Made by a program: the position numbers and the translations under genes. This document shows positions 19,226-28,256 of a DNA stretch of 64,000 nucleotides, in pieces; the first letter of the stretch is position 1; each line of letters starts with the position of its first letter. The stretch lies in IMG/VR virus record IMGVR_UViG_3300033153_001906, positions 1-64,000 of that record; one strand, written 5' to 3'. The notes under the pieces are model-generated. The model did not search any database, had not been told where the DNA came from, and saw only the letters and a program-made list of their open reading frames with translations. This DNA is from a virus.

Positions 19226-19489
19226 TTACTTAATGCCGATAGAGTCGAGAAGGTCTTCTAGTTCTGCAAACTTTTCAGTCTCATCATCACGACTGTTCTT
19301 AAATGCAACTGTGATTACTTTCTTTAATTGTGAAGCAGGAATTTCCATCTCATCTGCGATTGCTTTTACTGTTTCATTAAGACCATCGCTAAGTGTTTTG
19401 ACTTCCTGTTTTACGATGACGCCTTCTTTTACTAGTTCTTGCAGACGACGGACATCGTCTGACGAATAATGTTTTGCTTGATAGCTCAT
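19226..19489 (-). CDS. Small helical dsDNA-binding protein (T4 DsbA/GapR-like)
   Basis: 87 aa helical; L.E.V.AIA.E.EI....L.K....A.K pattern; own promoter and SD. Confidence 0.55.
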   Translation of the reverse strand: MSYQAKHYSSDDVRRLQELVKEGVIVKQEVKTLSDGLNETVKAIADEMEIPASQLKKVITVAFKNSRDDETEKFAELEDLLDSIGIK

Positions 19490-19515
19490 TTTGGAGTTCT
19501 CCTTGTTGTGTACAC

Positions 19516-19544
19516 ATTGTACTATATTTACAAGGATTTGTCAA
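19516..19544 (-). promoter_or_regulatory. Sigma70-type promoter
   Basis: TTGACA-17-TACAAT. Confidence 0.8.
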
Positions 19545-19550
19545 GCGGTA

Positions 19551-20132
19551 TTACATATTCTGTCTTATTTTATTGAACACTACTTTTTTGGTGGATTTAT
19601 TTATAGAATTAGGAAGTGCTTGGGCGAACAAATCGAAGTTGTTCTCTGCCGCTAGCTGACGAGCCTTTGATGCGCTCATTCCCTCGACGCCTTCTGCGTC
19701 TGGATCACGTTGACCAGCACTCACAACATCGAAATTATCAATGCCATACTCACTGGTGTATTTGCTCATATCGCCTTTGAATTGCTCTACACGATCTGAG
19801 CCAACAACCATGATTACGTTGTCATACTTCTTACCCAAGGCTTCTAAGGCCATGAAGGGTGTTTTCGCACTAGGGTCTGTGCTTACGGTTGCATCGGGAA
19901 ACATCTTTTGGAATAGTGAAATTTTATCTTTCCACGAAAGCGGATCTTTTCCTTTCTTTTGCGTTTGAGATAGAAAGACTACATGCTCTGCGTCTGCGTT
20001 ACGTGCGACTTCTTGAACTCTACGCACAAGCTTTTCATGCCCAACAGTTGGTGGATTAAATCTACCAAATGTGAACACTACTGTATTCGCTTTGTTTTCA
20101 GTGAGCGGCTGTGCTAGTTCAAATAGTCTCAT
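19551..20132 (-). CDS. Cytidylyltransferase-like (HIGH) nucleotidyltransferase with MRLFE N-terminal tag
   Basis: FTFGRFNPPTVGH, VVGSDR, SAG.RDPDAEGV.GMSASK. Confidence 0.88.
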   Translation of the reverse strand: MRLFELAQPLTENKANTVVFTFGRFNPPTVGHEKLVRRVQEVARNADAEHVVFLSQTQKKGKDPLSWKDKISLFQKMFPDATVSTDPSAKTPFMALEALGKKYDNVIMVVGSDRVEQFKGDMSKYTSEYGIDNFDVVSAGQRDPDAEGVEGMSASKARQLAAENNFDLFAQALPNSINKSTKKVVFNKIRQNM

Positions 20133-20135
20133 TAT

Positions 20136-20408
20136 TTATTTTCTAAATCGTCTCTCGATATATGTGTGTGCCTTATCAGCCATACGTTTCGATGCAACAG
20201 CGATATGTTTGTCCACATTAATTGTGATTTCTTCAGGACTTAAACGATCTAGTCCTTGACTCCATGCGTTAGTGTGATCGTCTAGTATATTATCAGCAGC
20301 GATCATGTCGCCAAGTTCTCCAGCGAGATCAAGCATAACTTCATACTGTTCAGAAGATGTTTCGTCAAGCTGTTCTACAGCTTCCATTAATTTTCGCATT
20401 TCGTTCAT
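20136..20408 (-). CDS. Small acidic protein with MNEMRKLMEAV N-terminal tag
   Basis: First 11 aa identical to ORF 32984..33499. Confidence 0.7.
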   Translation of the reverse strand: MNEMRKLMEAVEQLDETSSEQYEVMLDLAGELGDMIAADNILDDHTNAWSQGLDRLSPEEITINVDKHIAVASKRMADKAHTYIERRFRK

Positions 20409-20411
20409 AAT

Positions 20412-20780
20412 TTATCCTACTGTGTTAATCGCTGCAACTTTCTCTTTACCGCGTGTGAATGCTGCAACACCAAGTATGCCACCAAACGCTAGATGAAAAA
20501 ACGCGCCGCCCATTAGTGTTAGCGGTTCCCAACTTCTGTTGCCCAGTTCCATGTTTTCAATCAGTTTCATCTGTACTTCTTTGTCTTCAAACTTTGCAAT
20601 CTGTTCAAATGCTGCTACGTTTACAGTTTGATTTGCATGTTCAAGCCAAATAGGCGCGCCCATGAAATCAAATATGCAAATCGTTAGATAAACATATGCT
20701 GCAAGCGGCCGCCAAAATTTCTTGAATCCATGTTCTAGTTGCTTCTCAGGGCAACGTCCATCGCCTGTGCCTTCTGCCAT
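20412..20780 (-). CDS. Two-TM membrane protein (possibly holin-like), late gene
   Basis: WRP..AY.YL.IC.FDF and W.PLTL.GG..FH.AFG.ILGV.A; SD AGGAGG before ATG 20780; late promoter upstream. Confidence 0.6.
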   Translation of the reverse strand: MAEGTGDGRCPEKQLEHGFKKFWRPLAAYVYLTICIFDFMGAPIWLEHANQTVNVAAFEQIAKFEDKEVQMKLIENMELGNRSWEPLTLMGGAFFHLAFGGILGVAAFTRGKEKVAAINTVG

Positions 20781-20808
20781 CGTGGGCCTCCTTAAATTCT
20801 TCTCATAT

Positions 20809-20817
20809 GTATTTATC
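20809..20817 (-). promoter_or_regulatory. Late-type promoter GATAAATAC
   Basis: Resembles T4 late TATAAATA; the same 9-mer recurs in six intergenic sites. Confidence 0.75.
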
Positions 20818-20840
20818 ATAGATACGTATATAACGCGCAA

Positions 20841-20869
20841 ACAAAAGCCCCGACGAGCGGGGCTTTTGT
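20841..20869. terminator. Bidirectional intrinsic terminator
   Basis: ACAAAAGCCCCG-acgag-CGGGGCTTTTGT. Confidence 0.9.
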
Positions 20870-20899
20870 GAGCCTGCCCGTAAGCAGTCCCAAGGTATT

Positions 20900-21061
20900 T
20901 TATCGCTTGAATAGGTTTAGTATGTCACGTTTGATACGTGCGAACAAGTGTGGTTGTTCGATTCCTGCCTTCTTATCGCGGTAAGGGATATATGCTACGT
21001 AGTAAACAAATCCAAAAAATATTAGACCACTTAGTACGTTCGCTGCCATTGCTTCGCTCAT
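20900..21061 (-). CDS. 53-aa single-TM protein, below ORF-track cutoff
   Basis: SD GGAG; MSEAMAANVLSGLIFFGFVYYVAYIPYRDKK...LFKR. Confidence 0.65.
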   Translation of the reverse strand: MSEAMAANVLSGLIFFGFVYYVAYIPYRDKKAGIEQPHLFARIKRDILNLFKR

Positions 21062-21312
21062 TTTCTTCTCCAATTAATAGTTAATTATTATGCGTGTCTG
21101 AATGTGATGATCAGATGCTCCTGGTGTTGCGACTGTTGCTTGTGCTTGACGAGCAGTGCCGCCGTTAAGTAGACGGCCATCTGCAATATAAATATCTGCT
21201 ACTTCTGGATCATTCTCTGTTGCTGCCATGTAGCTTGCTGCGCCATTTGTTGCGTCACCGACCGTGACTGTTGTTGCTGAAGGTGATAGGGTTGTAACAT
21301 CTAGCGTTACAC

Positions 21313-24096
21313 TTAGAATCGTTGCTGCAATAGGAATGCCTGTTGCTGCACCAATGTTTTGTGCTGTAGCAGATGTTCTGCAATAGGAATGCCTGTTGCT
21401 GCACCAATGTTTTGTGCTGTAGCAGATGTTAGATCAACTGTGCCTGTAACACTATCTAGTGTACCAGATCCGCCTGTTAGAGCAATCGCATCGTCAACAT
21501 ATTTCTTGTTAGGAATGTCATCGTCTGCTGTAACATTGTCTTCATAGTTACCTGAGCCAGCAACAACACTAACTGCGCCAGTGCCATTAGTCAAGAAACC
21601 AATGTCGATATTAGCTTCTGAACCAGTGCCAGTTGTAATCTGCGCAGGGTTGCCAGTTGCGCCTGCTGAAATAGCAAGACCGTTAACTGCTGAAACAGTG
21701 TTATTTAATTCTAGTATTGGATCACCGCCGCCATCATTAAAGATGATTGAGCCAGTGCCATTTGGATTCAAGATCAATGGTTGGTCAGTAGTATTGTTAC
21801 TGATCGTGTCGCCATCAATAGTAATTTCGTCAATGATTAGAACGCCAGCAACAGTAAGTGTCGTGCCGTTAAACGTTAAGTTTGCACTACTATCAAGTGA
21901 ACTTGCACCAGTACCAATAGCAACTTGATTGTCAGCTACCGTGCCTGTTATTGTACCAACTGTTGTTGAGTAACCGAAACTTTCGATTCGATCATTAACT
22001 GCTGCTGCTGTCATTAATGTTACATCATCGTCTGTAAATTGCCCAGCCGTGTCAACAGTAACGAAAGCTGAACCATCTATTGTCAAGTCACCACTAAAGA
22101 CGTTTGCAGTTACTACGCCTGTTGTTGCATTATATGTAAGTTGTGAGTCAGTCTTAGGACCTAAGTCACCAGTTGGACTCTCAAAGAAAGCTATAGATGC
22201 TGTTGCATTTGATGAATCTGCAACAGTAATTAATGTTGGTACTGCTGAAACTCCTTGTGACTGCCATTCAACACCAATACGTATTGGATCACCGTTAGTA
22301 AATATTAGTCCTGTGTTGATTAGTGTTAATCCAATTGTCCACCAACCTGTGCTATCAGTTACCGAAGATACACTTGCTAGGATATAATCTGTATCGTCGC
22401 TTGCACTACGGAATGTTAGTACATCACCAACGGATAGGGCATCAAACAAGAAATCGTTAATTCTACCAGTATTATCTGTGTCATCAATATATAGTGTCGT
22501 GATTGAGCCAATCGTAATACTGTTGAAGTTAAGTATACCTGGGCCTGGATCGGTTGTTGTTGTTGCACTACTATACTCATATTCTATTTCAAGAACGTTA
22601 TTTGCAGTAAAGTCGTTACCAACATCGTCCGTGAACATAAGCGTATTAGGAGCATCATCGCGTACCCAAATCTGACCATCTTGTGCTGTGTCACCACCTG
22701 CCGCTGCTTGCTGTGTTACGTAAACAGATTCGCCAACAGTAAGGTCAGTAGAAACTGTAGCAGCACCAGTAACAGCAAATGTTGTGCCGTTAAACGTTAG
22801 ATTGCCACCACTGTCTTCAACTATACCAGATGCACCAGCAATAAGTACATCATTGTCTGTTAGCAGAGATGATTTAAGCGAGCCTGTAACAGCAAGTTCT
22901 GAACCACTAAATGTTAAGTTGCCACCACTGTCTTCGATAAGACCAGCCGTGCCAACGATCATTACATCGTTGTTTGTTAAGTCTGCTACTGTAATCGTGC
23001 TGCCTGTTGCCATTGTAATATCTAGGCCGTCTACTATTGCAAACGTTGTATCGTCAACTGTAAATTGAATTACGTTATCAGCCGTCCATGTTAACGTACC
23101 ATCTGTGCCAGAGTCACTAACTGCTAATATTGAGTCAAGCTCTGAAATACTAGTAGCTGATGTGCCAGCATTCATGTACGTCTTTAGCTTGGATGCTGTA
23201 ACAGCATAGTTACCAAGACCTTCTGAGCCGCCAGCTATTGAGTGATAAAGTATCAGTTCATCAGCATCATCAACGGAGTCAGTTACTAGATTTGTTTGCC
23301 CAAGAATATCAAGGCCAATAGTTGGGTTGCCTGATACACCGTTACCGTTAACAATGCTAATACCTTCATCGCCTGCTACTGCTGATGCTGTTAATGTACG
23401 TGAAGCATATGTATCGTTCGCTGTACGTGCAAGCATGCCGTTCGCTGTAGCTGTAACAATGTCTCTGTCAGCTAGGAAGTTTGTAACCGTAATGCGAGAC
23501 TCAACGCCTGCATCTTGGAAAATAAGTTCGTCTGCCACCGCAATAACTGAAGCTGATGTTAGTTGAGAAAAGTCTAAATCAATTACATTACCTGTTTTGA
23601 GTAAACCTGTGCCAGCAATAATATCGCTTGAAGTACTGAATAGCACCCAGTTCATATCAGTACCACCACTACCAGTTGTTAGTGGATCAGGGCCTTGTAG
23701 TACAAAGCCTGCGTCAGCGTTGACAGCGCCTTCTTCAATAAACGTAAAGTTACCTGCTGAAACTTCTGCATCACTATCGGAATCTGTAGCACGATCAAGT
23801 GTTTGGCCTTCGCCTGCTGCACCACCAGTTGCGCTATATGAGCCTGTAGTGACTGTAGTTGCGCAACGACATGATTCTTTGAAGTCAAGTCCTGCTGCTG
23901 TACTGTCTACGTATAGCTTTGTAGCTGCGTCTGTATCACCAACAGGAGTTAAAACTTGTAAGTGGGAGAGCGTTGAGCCGTCAGTAGTAGCTCGGAAATC
24001 TGCCGCGCCTGTATTGAATACGAAGCGTCCGCCTGCTTTACCAAATTGAACGTCATCGCCGACGCCTTTCAGTCCATAATTTTTTGTATCAGCCAT
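21313..24096 (-). CDS. Long fibre/virion structural protein; C-terminus disrupted by a 53-bp duplication (native frame continues to about 21075-21090)
   Basis: G/T/D/A-rich; DAATKLYVD..AAGLD.KESCR.ATT and DDDIPNKKYVD fibre motifs; internal repeats; late promoter upstream. Confidence 0.8.
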   Translation of the reverse strand: MADTKNYGLKGVGDDVQFGKAGGRFVFNTGAADFRATTDGSTLSHLQVLTPVGDTDAATKLYVDSTAAGLDFKESCRCATTVTTGSYSATGGAAGEGQTLDRATDSDSDAEVSAGNFTFIEEGAVNADAGFVLQGPDPLTTGSGGTDMNWVLFSTSSDIIAGTGLLKTGNVIDLDFSQLTSASVIAVADELIFQDAGVESRITVTNFLADRDIVTATANGMLARTANDTYASRTLTASAVAGDEGISIVNGNGVSGNPTIGLDILGQTNLVTDSVDDADELILYHSIAGGSEGLGNYAVTASKLKTYMNAGTSATSISELDSILAVSDSGTDGTLTWTADNVIQFTVDDTTFAIVDGLDITMATGSTITVADLTNNDVMIVGTAGLIEDSGGNLTFSGSELAVTGSLKSSLLTDNDVLIAGASGIVEDSGGNLTFNGTTFAVTGAATVSTDLTVGESVYVTQQAAAGGDTAQDGQIWVRDDAPNTLMFTDDVGNDFTANNVLEIEYEYSSATTTTDPGPGILNFNSITIGSITTLYIDDTDNTGRINDFLFDALSVGDVLTFRSASDDTDYILASVSSVTDSTGWWTIGLTLINTGLIFTNGDPIRIGVEWQSQGVSAVPTLITVADSSNATASIAFFESPTGDLGPKTDSQLTYNATTGVVTANVFSGDLTIDGSAFVTVDTAGQFTDDDVTLMTAAAVNDRIESFGYSTTVGTITGTVADNQVAIGTGASSLDSSANLTFNGTTLTVAGVLIIDEITIDGDTISNNTTDQPLILNPNGTGSIIFNDGGGDPILELNNTVSAVNGLAISAGATGNPAQITTGTGSEANIDIGFLTNGTGAVSVVAGSGNYEDNVTADDDIPNKKYVDDAIALTGGSGTLDSVTGTVDLTSATAQNIGAATGIPIAEHLLQHKTLVQQQAFLLQQRF
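21325..21430. repeat. Exact 53-bp tandem duplication
   Basis: ctgcaataggaatgcctgttgctgcaccaatgttttgtgctgtagcagatgtt at 21325-21377 and 21378-21430. Confidence 0.95.
22765..22980 (-). repeat. Protein-level fibre repeat
   Basis: LTNNDVMIVGTAGLIEDSGGNLTFSGSELAVTG and LTDNDVLIAGASGIVEDSGGNLTFNGTTFAVTG; a third copy near 21850-21940. Confidence 0.75.
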
Positions 24097-24122
24097 CTAG
24101 TGGGTCCTCTAATTATATAATT

Positions 24123-24131
24123 GTATTTATC
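24123..24131 (-). promoter_or_regulatory. Late-type promoter GATAAATAC
   Basis: Intergenic, upstream of the fibre gene. Confidence 0.75.
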
Positions 24132-24145
24132 ATAAAAAGCGGAAA

Positions 24146-24994
24146 TTATACGTGTGTTACAACTACACGCACTTGTCCTTGTGTTGATCCTGTAAAATCA
24201 AAATATGCATTAATATCTGTATCAGTCGTGCCTGCTGTTTCTGTACCATCATATACGTAATCCACATTGAGTGTATACGTTCCAGCAACCTTAAGATCAA
24301 AGTCAGGCTCTAGCAAGTAATCTAGTAATGGATCAGTACCAATTATTCGTCCGTTATCACCATCATCACCTATAGATAATTTTGGAGCAGGATCTGTGCC
24401 ATCAAAAATCGTAATAATTTCTAGACTGATAGTTGTGATGCGTGATCCATTACTGACGTTGCCCAATAGCTGTGGTGTGCTATCATTCCAGTCAACAAGT
24501 GTTTCAATTGTGTTCGCATCTGTACGTGCGCTGTCTGCTGTAGCAGTAAGAATCCACGGACCACCAGGAAAGCCACTATCATAGAAGTACATTTCCCACT
24601 CGCCACTGATGCCTGAGCGCACAAAACAACTGTCAGCTTCGTTAACAACCAGCGCATCACGGCCTGCGATGTTTACTGCAATATATGTATTACTACTAGC
24701 AGAAAGCCCTGGGATAGTAATTGGTTCCCATGCTGTTCCAGTTGCGTTGTATTGCAATACTTGGTTGGGGAGTGCGCCACCCACGTTAACATCGTCTAAC
24801 TGATTGAGTGTTCTAGGTGTACCATCTGCGGGGGTAAAGAGCAGATTGCCAAAGGAATCCACAGTAAGTACATCACCTGCGTTACCACTATCAACTAATC
24901 GAAACTTTTCAAACGTGATTGCGCTGTCAGCTAAGTCCTGCTCGCGAACTTCTCTATCCAGGATGCTCTGTGTTTTGATCCTAGTTAGGGCCAT
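24146..24994 (-). CDS. Virion structural/fibre-associated protein
   Basis: LNQLDDV...QVLQYN....W fibre repeat; beta-rich C-terminal domain. Confidence 0.7.
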   Translation of the reverse strand: MALTRIKTQSILDREVREQDLADSAITFEKFRLVDSGNAGDVLTVDSFGNLLFTPADGTPRTLNQLDDVNVGGALPNQVLQYNATGTAWEPITIPGLSASSNTYIAVNIAGRDALVVNEADSCFVRSGISGEWEMYFYDSGFPGGPWILTATADSARTDANTIETLVDWNDSTPQLLGNVSNGSRITTISLEIITIFDGTDPAPKLSIGDDGDNGRIIGTDPLLDYLLEPDFDLKVAGTYTLNVDYVYDGTETAGTTDTDINAYFDFTGSTQGQVRVVVTHV

Positions 24995-24997
24995 TGG

Positions 24998-27103
24998 TTA
25001 CCCCTGCCCGATTATATGCCAATCAGAGTTGTCGCTGTATAATGTAATATATGCTCTGTTCGTGATAAGTGTTACCGCAGCATTTACACCATCAATATCA
25101 TCTGTACCATCTGGTGTAACTGCGATGTTGTTTGCTGCTGCTGACCCGTTTGCATCTTTGATAGTAATACTGTCGCCTGCTGTAACAGTTGATGCTGCTG
25201 GTAAGTTTACTGTCGTTGCGCCCGCTGCCAAAACATTAACAAGTCGCTCTGTTGTGAGCGTAATGGTTGCATCTGCGCTAGACAAGTAGTTGAAGTTTTG
25301 CGCAATTACGATTGGGTTGTCTGCGCCAGCAACAGATAGTGCAATATTGTCACCAGCGAACAGCTTGCGGAATGTTGGTGCATCTTGGTCGATGGTTCCT
25401 GTATCAAACAGAGAAGTACCACCACCTGATGTTGTCTCCGCAAATGCTGGATTGTCTGCATCAATTGTTATAGATGTAGTAGCATCAGTCAGCGTAACAT
25501 TAGTTCCCGCTGAGATAGACTTGAAACCAAGTATTTGCGTATCGCCCGTGACTGTCTTGCTATCATACAATCCAAATGTAGTAACTGAATCAGGCTCAAC
25601 GAGGTTTGTTGCGTCAACAGGACTAGCAGGCGTTTCACCTGATGTTGTGATGCCAACTACTTCAAGCTGTGGAGAAACTCGCGTAATGTTAAACGTCGCT
25701 GCTGCGCCACTTCCTGGTGGGACATCAATATATTCTGTTGTATTTGCTGTTGGGAACACAATATATTCGCCCACATGCGTTAGCGTAAATTGCGTAATGG
25801 CACCTAGCGTCTGTGCTGGCAGATCGTCAACGTCAACGTCAACGTTAGTAAGATTTATCGTATAGCCGTCGCCTGCTGTATTGCTTACAACAGTTATCAC
25901 ACCATTTGCATCAGTGTTGTATGTTACAACTGCTGCTGTGCCTGGCGTAAAGCCTGTGTCAGAGTTTGCAGTAATGCTGAAGTTGGCTCCTGTCAAGTTC
26001 GCAGGATAACCACTACCACCACTAACTGCTGCAACACTGTCTACTGCAATGTTGCCTGATCCATCTGTGGAAAACTGTATCTGTGCATCTACATCTGTTT
26101 CGACAACAGTAATCTGCGCTTGTACAACTGGCGTTCCTGTATCAAACGTTATTACTTCACCAGCAACATAGCCTGTGCCACCAGCATTGATAGTCATTGT
26201 CTGATCGTTAACATATAAGTATGGATCAGAAATAAGTGTCATCGCATGTGTTTCGTTTTCTACTGGAACAGTTAGTGTTACTGGGGTTGCGCCAGTTAGC
26301 GAGTCAGACCTTAGTACATGCAACGACAGTACAAACGCAGATACTTCATGGACGTAGTAGAGATCGCCGTCAGTTAAGCCGAAACTAGCAACACCACCAT
26401 CTGCACTGTAATATACGCCATCACCTGGTACAAAGCCATGTGCAGTATCAGTTGTGATTCGATCATTGCCTGCATTAATGCCAGATGCATCAGTGAGGAA
26501 CGTAATAGTTCTGTCTGGGAATGTCAGTGTTGTGTTCGTATAACTGCTGCCTGCTGCTGGTGCGATGGAGTAATTGTTTGTGGCTTGCTTCAATCCGTCG
26601 ATAGTAACAATCAGCGATTCTGCGGAAGGAGCGAACCAATTGATCGTGTAGTTCGCATCAACTGTTCCTGGAATGTTGCTATCAATATTTTGTGGGCCGA
26701 ACAGTCCTATGGTTGCACCACCCGTGGTCTGCAATCCTAGAATTTCTACTGTCTCATTGGATACTGTATCTGCTAGTGTTACAATTGTTGTGTTGCTTTC
26801 TGTATCAGCATCAATACCATAAGCAGTTTGGTGTTGCTTGACACCATCAATGGTGATAATAAGTGATTCTTGGCTATCCGCTGCCCACGGCGCAACGAAC
26901 ACTTGCTGTGTTACGTTCTGAAACAATACTGCGTTAATCTCATCGAAGCCCGCTTCAATAAGATTTGCGTCAGGGTCGTATGCTTCAAACGCTAGTATAC
27001 TAGCGTTCCACTGTAGTTCCCAGCCCGTTGCAACGTTATCCGCTACAACAAATGGCGGAGCATATTGATTTGCTAATGTCGATCCTGCGTTAATTCGTGC
27101 CAT
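24998..27103 (-). CDS. Virion structural/tail-fibre-like protein
   Basis: Repeated L.VTIDG.KQ...Y motifs, GGTGY..G repeats, C-terminal V.LPAA....GD.I.IKD domain. Confidence 0.75.
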   Translation of the reverse strand: MARINAGSTLANQYAPPFVVADNVATGWELQWNASILAFEAYDPDANLIEAGFDEINAVLFQNVTQQVFVAPWAADSQESLIITIDGVKQHQTAYGIDADTESNTTIVTLADTVSNETVEILGLQTTGGATIGLFGPQNIDSNIPGTVDANYTINWFAPSAESLIVTIDGLKQATNNYSIAPAAGSSYTNTTLTFPDRTITFLTDASGINAGNDRITTDTAHGFVPGDGVYYSADGGVASFGLTDGDLYYVHEVSAFVLSLHVLRSDSLTGATPVTLTVPVENETHAMTLISDPYLYVNDQTMTINAGGTGYVAGEVITFDTGTPVVQAQITVVETDVDAQIQFSTDGSGNIAVDSVAAVSGGSGYPANLTGANFSITANSDTGFTPGTAAVVTYNTDANGVITVVSNTAGDGYTINLTNVDVDVDDLPAQTLGAITQFTLTHVGEYIVFPTANTTEYIDVPPGSGAAATFNITRVSPQLEVVGITTSGETPASPVDATNLVEPDSVTTFGLYDSKTVTGDTQILGFKSISAGTNVTLTDATTSITIDADNPAFAETTSGGGTSLFDTGTIDQDAPTFRKLFAGDNIALSVAGADNPIVIAQNFNYLSSADATITLTTERLVNVLAAGATTVNLPAASTVTAGDSITIKDANGSAAANNIAVTPDGTDDIDGVNAAVTLITNRAYITLYSDNSDWHIIGQG

Positions 27104-27148
27104 TGTTTAGCCCTTCATTTGCGTTAATGTTATTCATTGTCATTTTAT

Positions 27149-27421
27149 TTACTCTTTCGGGCAGTTGTCACCTGGCTTACCATTGCTAATGCAAGTTTCG
27201 TCCTCACACCCACGACATATATCCCATCCACGTTTCCAATCATTGATCTTCTTTTCCATAGCGCGGCGTTGTGTTTCGGTTAGTTCTGCACCAGGCGAAC
27301 TTGGGTGATGATCTGCTGAATGCTTGCTCTGCAATAGTTCTTTCAGTGCATGGTCGCCCATAGGTTTGCGCTCTCTACCAGCCAAAAATGCTTGTCTGCC
27401 TAGTTCGTATGCCTCAGTCAT
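27149..27421 (-). CDS. Small protein with Rmf-like motif
   Basis: AYELGRQAF..G....P...W.RGWD. Confidence 0.5.
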   Translation of the reverse strand: MTEAYELGRQAFLAGRERKPMGDHALKELLQSKHSADHHPSSPGAELTETQRRAMEKKINDWKRGWDICRGCEDETCISNGKPGDNCPKE

Positions 27422-27699
27422 TATTTCTTAGCCCTTTTTCTGATGATTTTCTTTTTAGTTTTTTTACCATCAACTTTCTTTTTAGCAGGCTTTGCTGGAG
27501 CCTCTGTCTCAGTTTTAGCTTCATCCCATCCACTTTTCCATTCAGAAATATATGCTGCTTTTGCTGCACGAGGGGTTTCTTCTATATCTTCAATTGCAAT
27601 ATACATTAGCTCTACAAATCTAGAATCATTCATAGGTTGCTTAGGCTTGTCACGGAAGAACGTTGCGCGTCCCCTGTCTTTTGCATTAATATCTATCAT
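27421..27699 (-). CDS. Paralog of the adjacent Rmf-like protein with Lys-rich tail
   Basis: GRATF...K.PM.D...EWKSGWDEA. Confidence 0.5.
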   Translation of the reverse strand: MIDINAKDRGRATFFRDKPKQPMNDSRFVELMYIAIEDIEETPRAAKAAYISEWKSGWDEAKTETEAPAKPAKKKVDGKKTKKKIIRKRAKK

Positions 27700-27713
27700 T
27701 GTATTCTTCTCGT

Positions 27714-28160
27714 TTATATGCTTAATAGCACTCTGTTAATTGCGCCATGTGGATACACATTAAAATTGCTTGGCTCTACAATGGTGCTGCGATCTAAGAT
27801 TGCTCGTAACCAAACAAAGTTTCCAACGAATGTGAATGCTTGCGTAGCGTCATCACCAGTACCGCTAACATTGGTTGGTGCTAGCGGGTTAACAGGAAAA
27901 GTAATATATGGACTCGCGCTACTTACGTTTTGGTTTGCATTCAAGTTGATGTCGAACCAATCATCTTCTGTTGGTTCTGTTGCTAGTGTGCCTTGGATTC
28001 CAAAGCTTCCAGTGAAGTTATTAACTGTAACTTGTACAGTATGAATGCCATCTGTATGACCATAATATCCATCTGCGCGCTTTGCGTCGCCTGTTAGATT
28101 ATGATTATTACCAGTGTTGGTCATCATTACGGTACTTTTACGTGCTGGTGTTACTGACAT
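27714..28160 (-). CDS. Probable virion structural protein (beta-sandwich), late gene
   Basis: GDA.RADGYYG..DG.HTV, IQGTLA..P...DWF, F.GNFVW.RA; SD GGAG; late promoter. Confidence 0.6.
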   Translation of the reverse strand: MSVTPARKSTVMMTNTGNNHNLTGDAKRADGYYGHTDGIHTVQVTVNNFTGSFGIQGTLATEPTEDDWFDINLNANQNVSSASPYITFPVNPLAPTNVSGTGDDATQAFTFVGNFVWLRAILDRSTIVEPSNFNVYPHGAINRVLLSI

Positions 28161-28186
28161 TATATAGAACTCCAATATATTTCTAT

Positions 28187-28195
28187 GTATTTATC
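28187..28195 (-). promoter_or_regulatory. Late-type promoter GATAAATAC
   Basis: Just downstream of the clpA terminator, heading the structural operon. Confidence 0.75.
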
Positions 28196-28205
28196 AGAAA
28201 GGCAC

Positions 28206-28231
28206 AAAAAAAGCGGCCCCGAAAGGCCGCT
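28206..28231 (-). terminator. Intrinsic terminator after clpA
   Basis: AGCGGCC-loop-GGCCGCT hairpin followed by a T-run on the minus strand. Confidence 0.85.
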
Positions 28232-28256
28232 ACCGTAGAATGGATCAAGGGAGGAA

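Noticed and set aside
21325-21430. CRISPR array or DGR template/variable repeat
   Set aside because: Two identical abutting copies with no spacer, no adenine-specific mismatches, and no cas or reverse transcriptase gene in the window
21359-26740. Numerous plus-strand ORFs opposite the fibre genes
   Set aside because: Antisense artefacts of codon bias in G/T/A-rich structural genes
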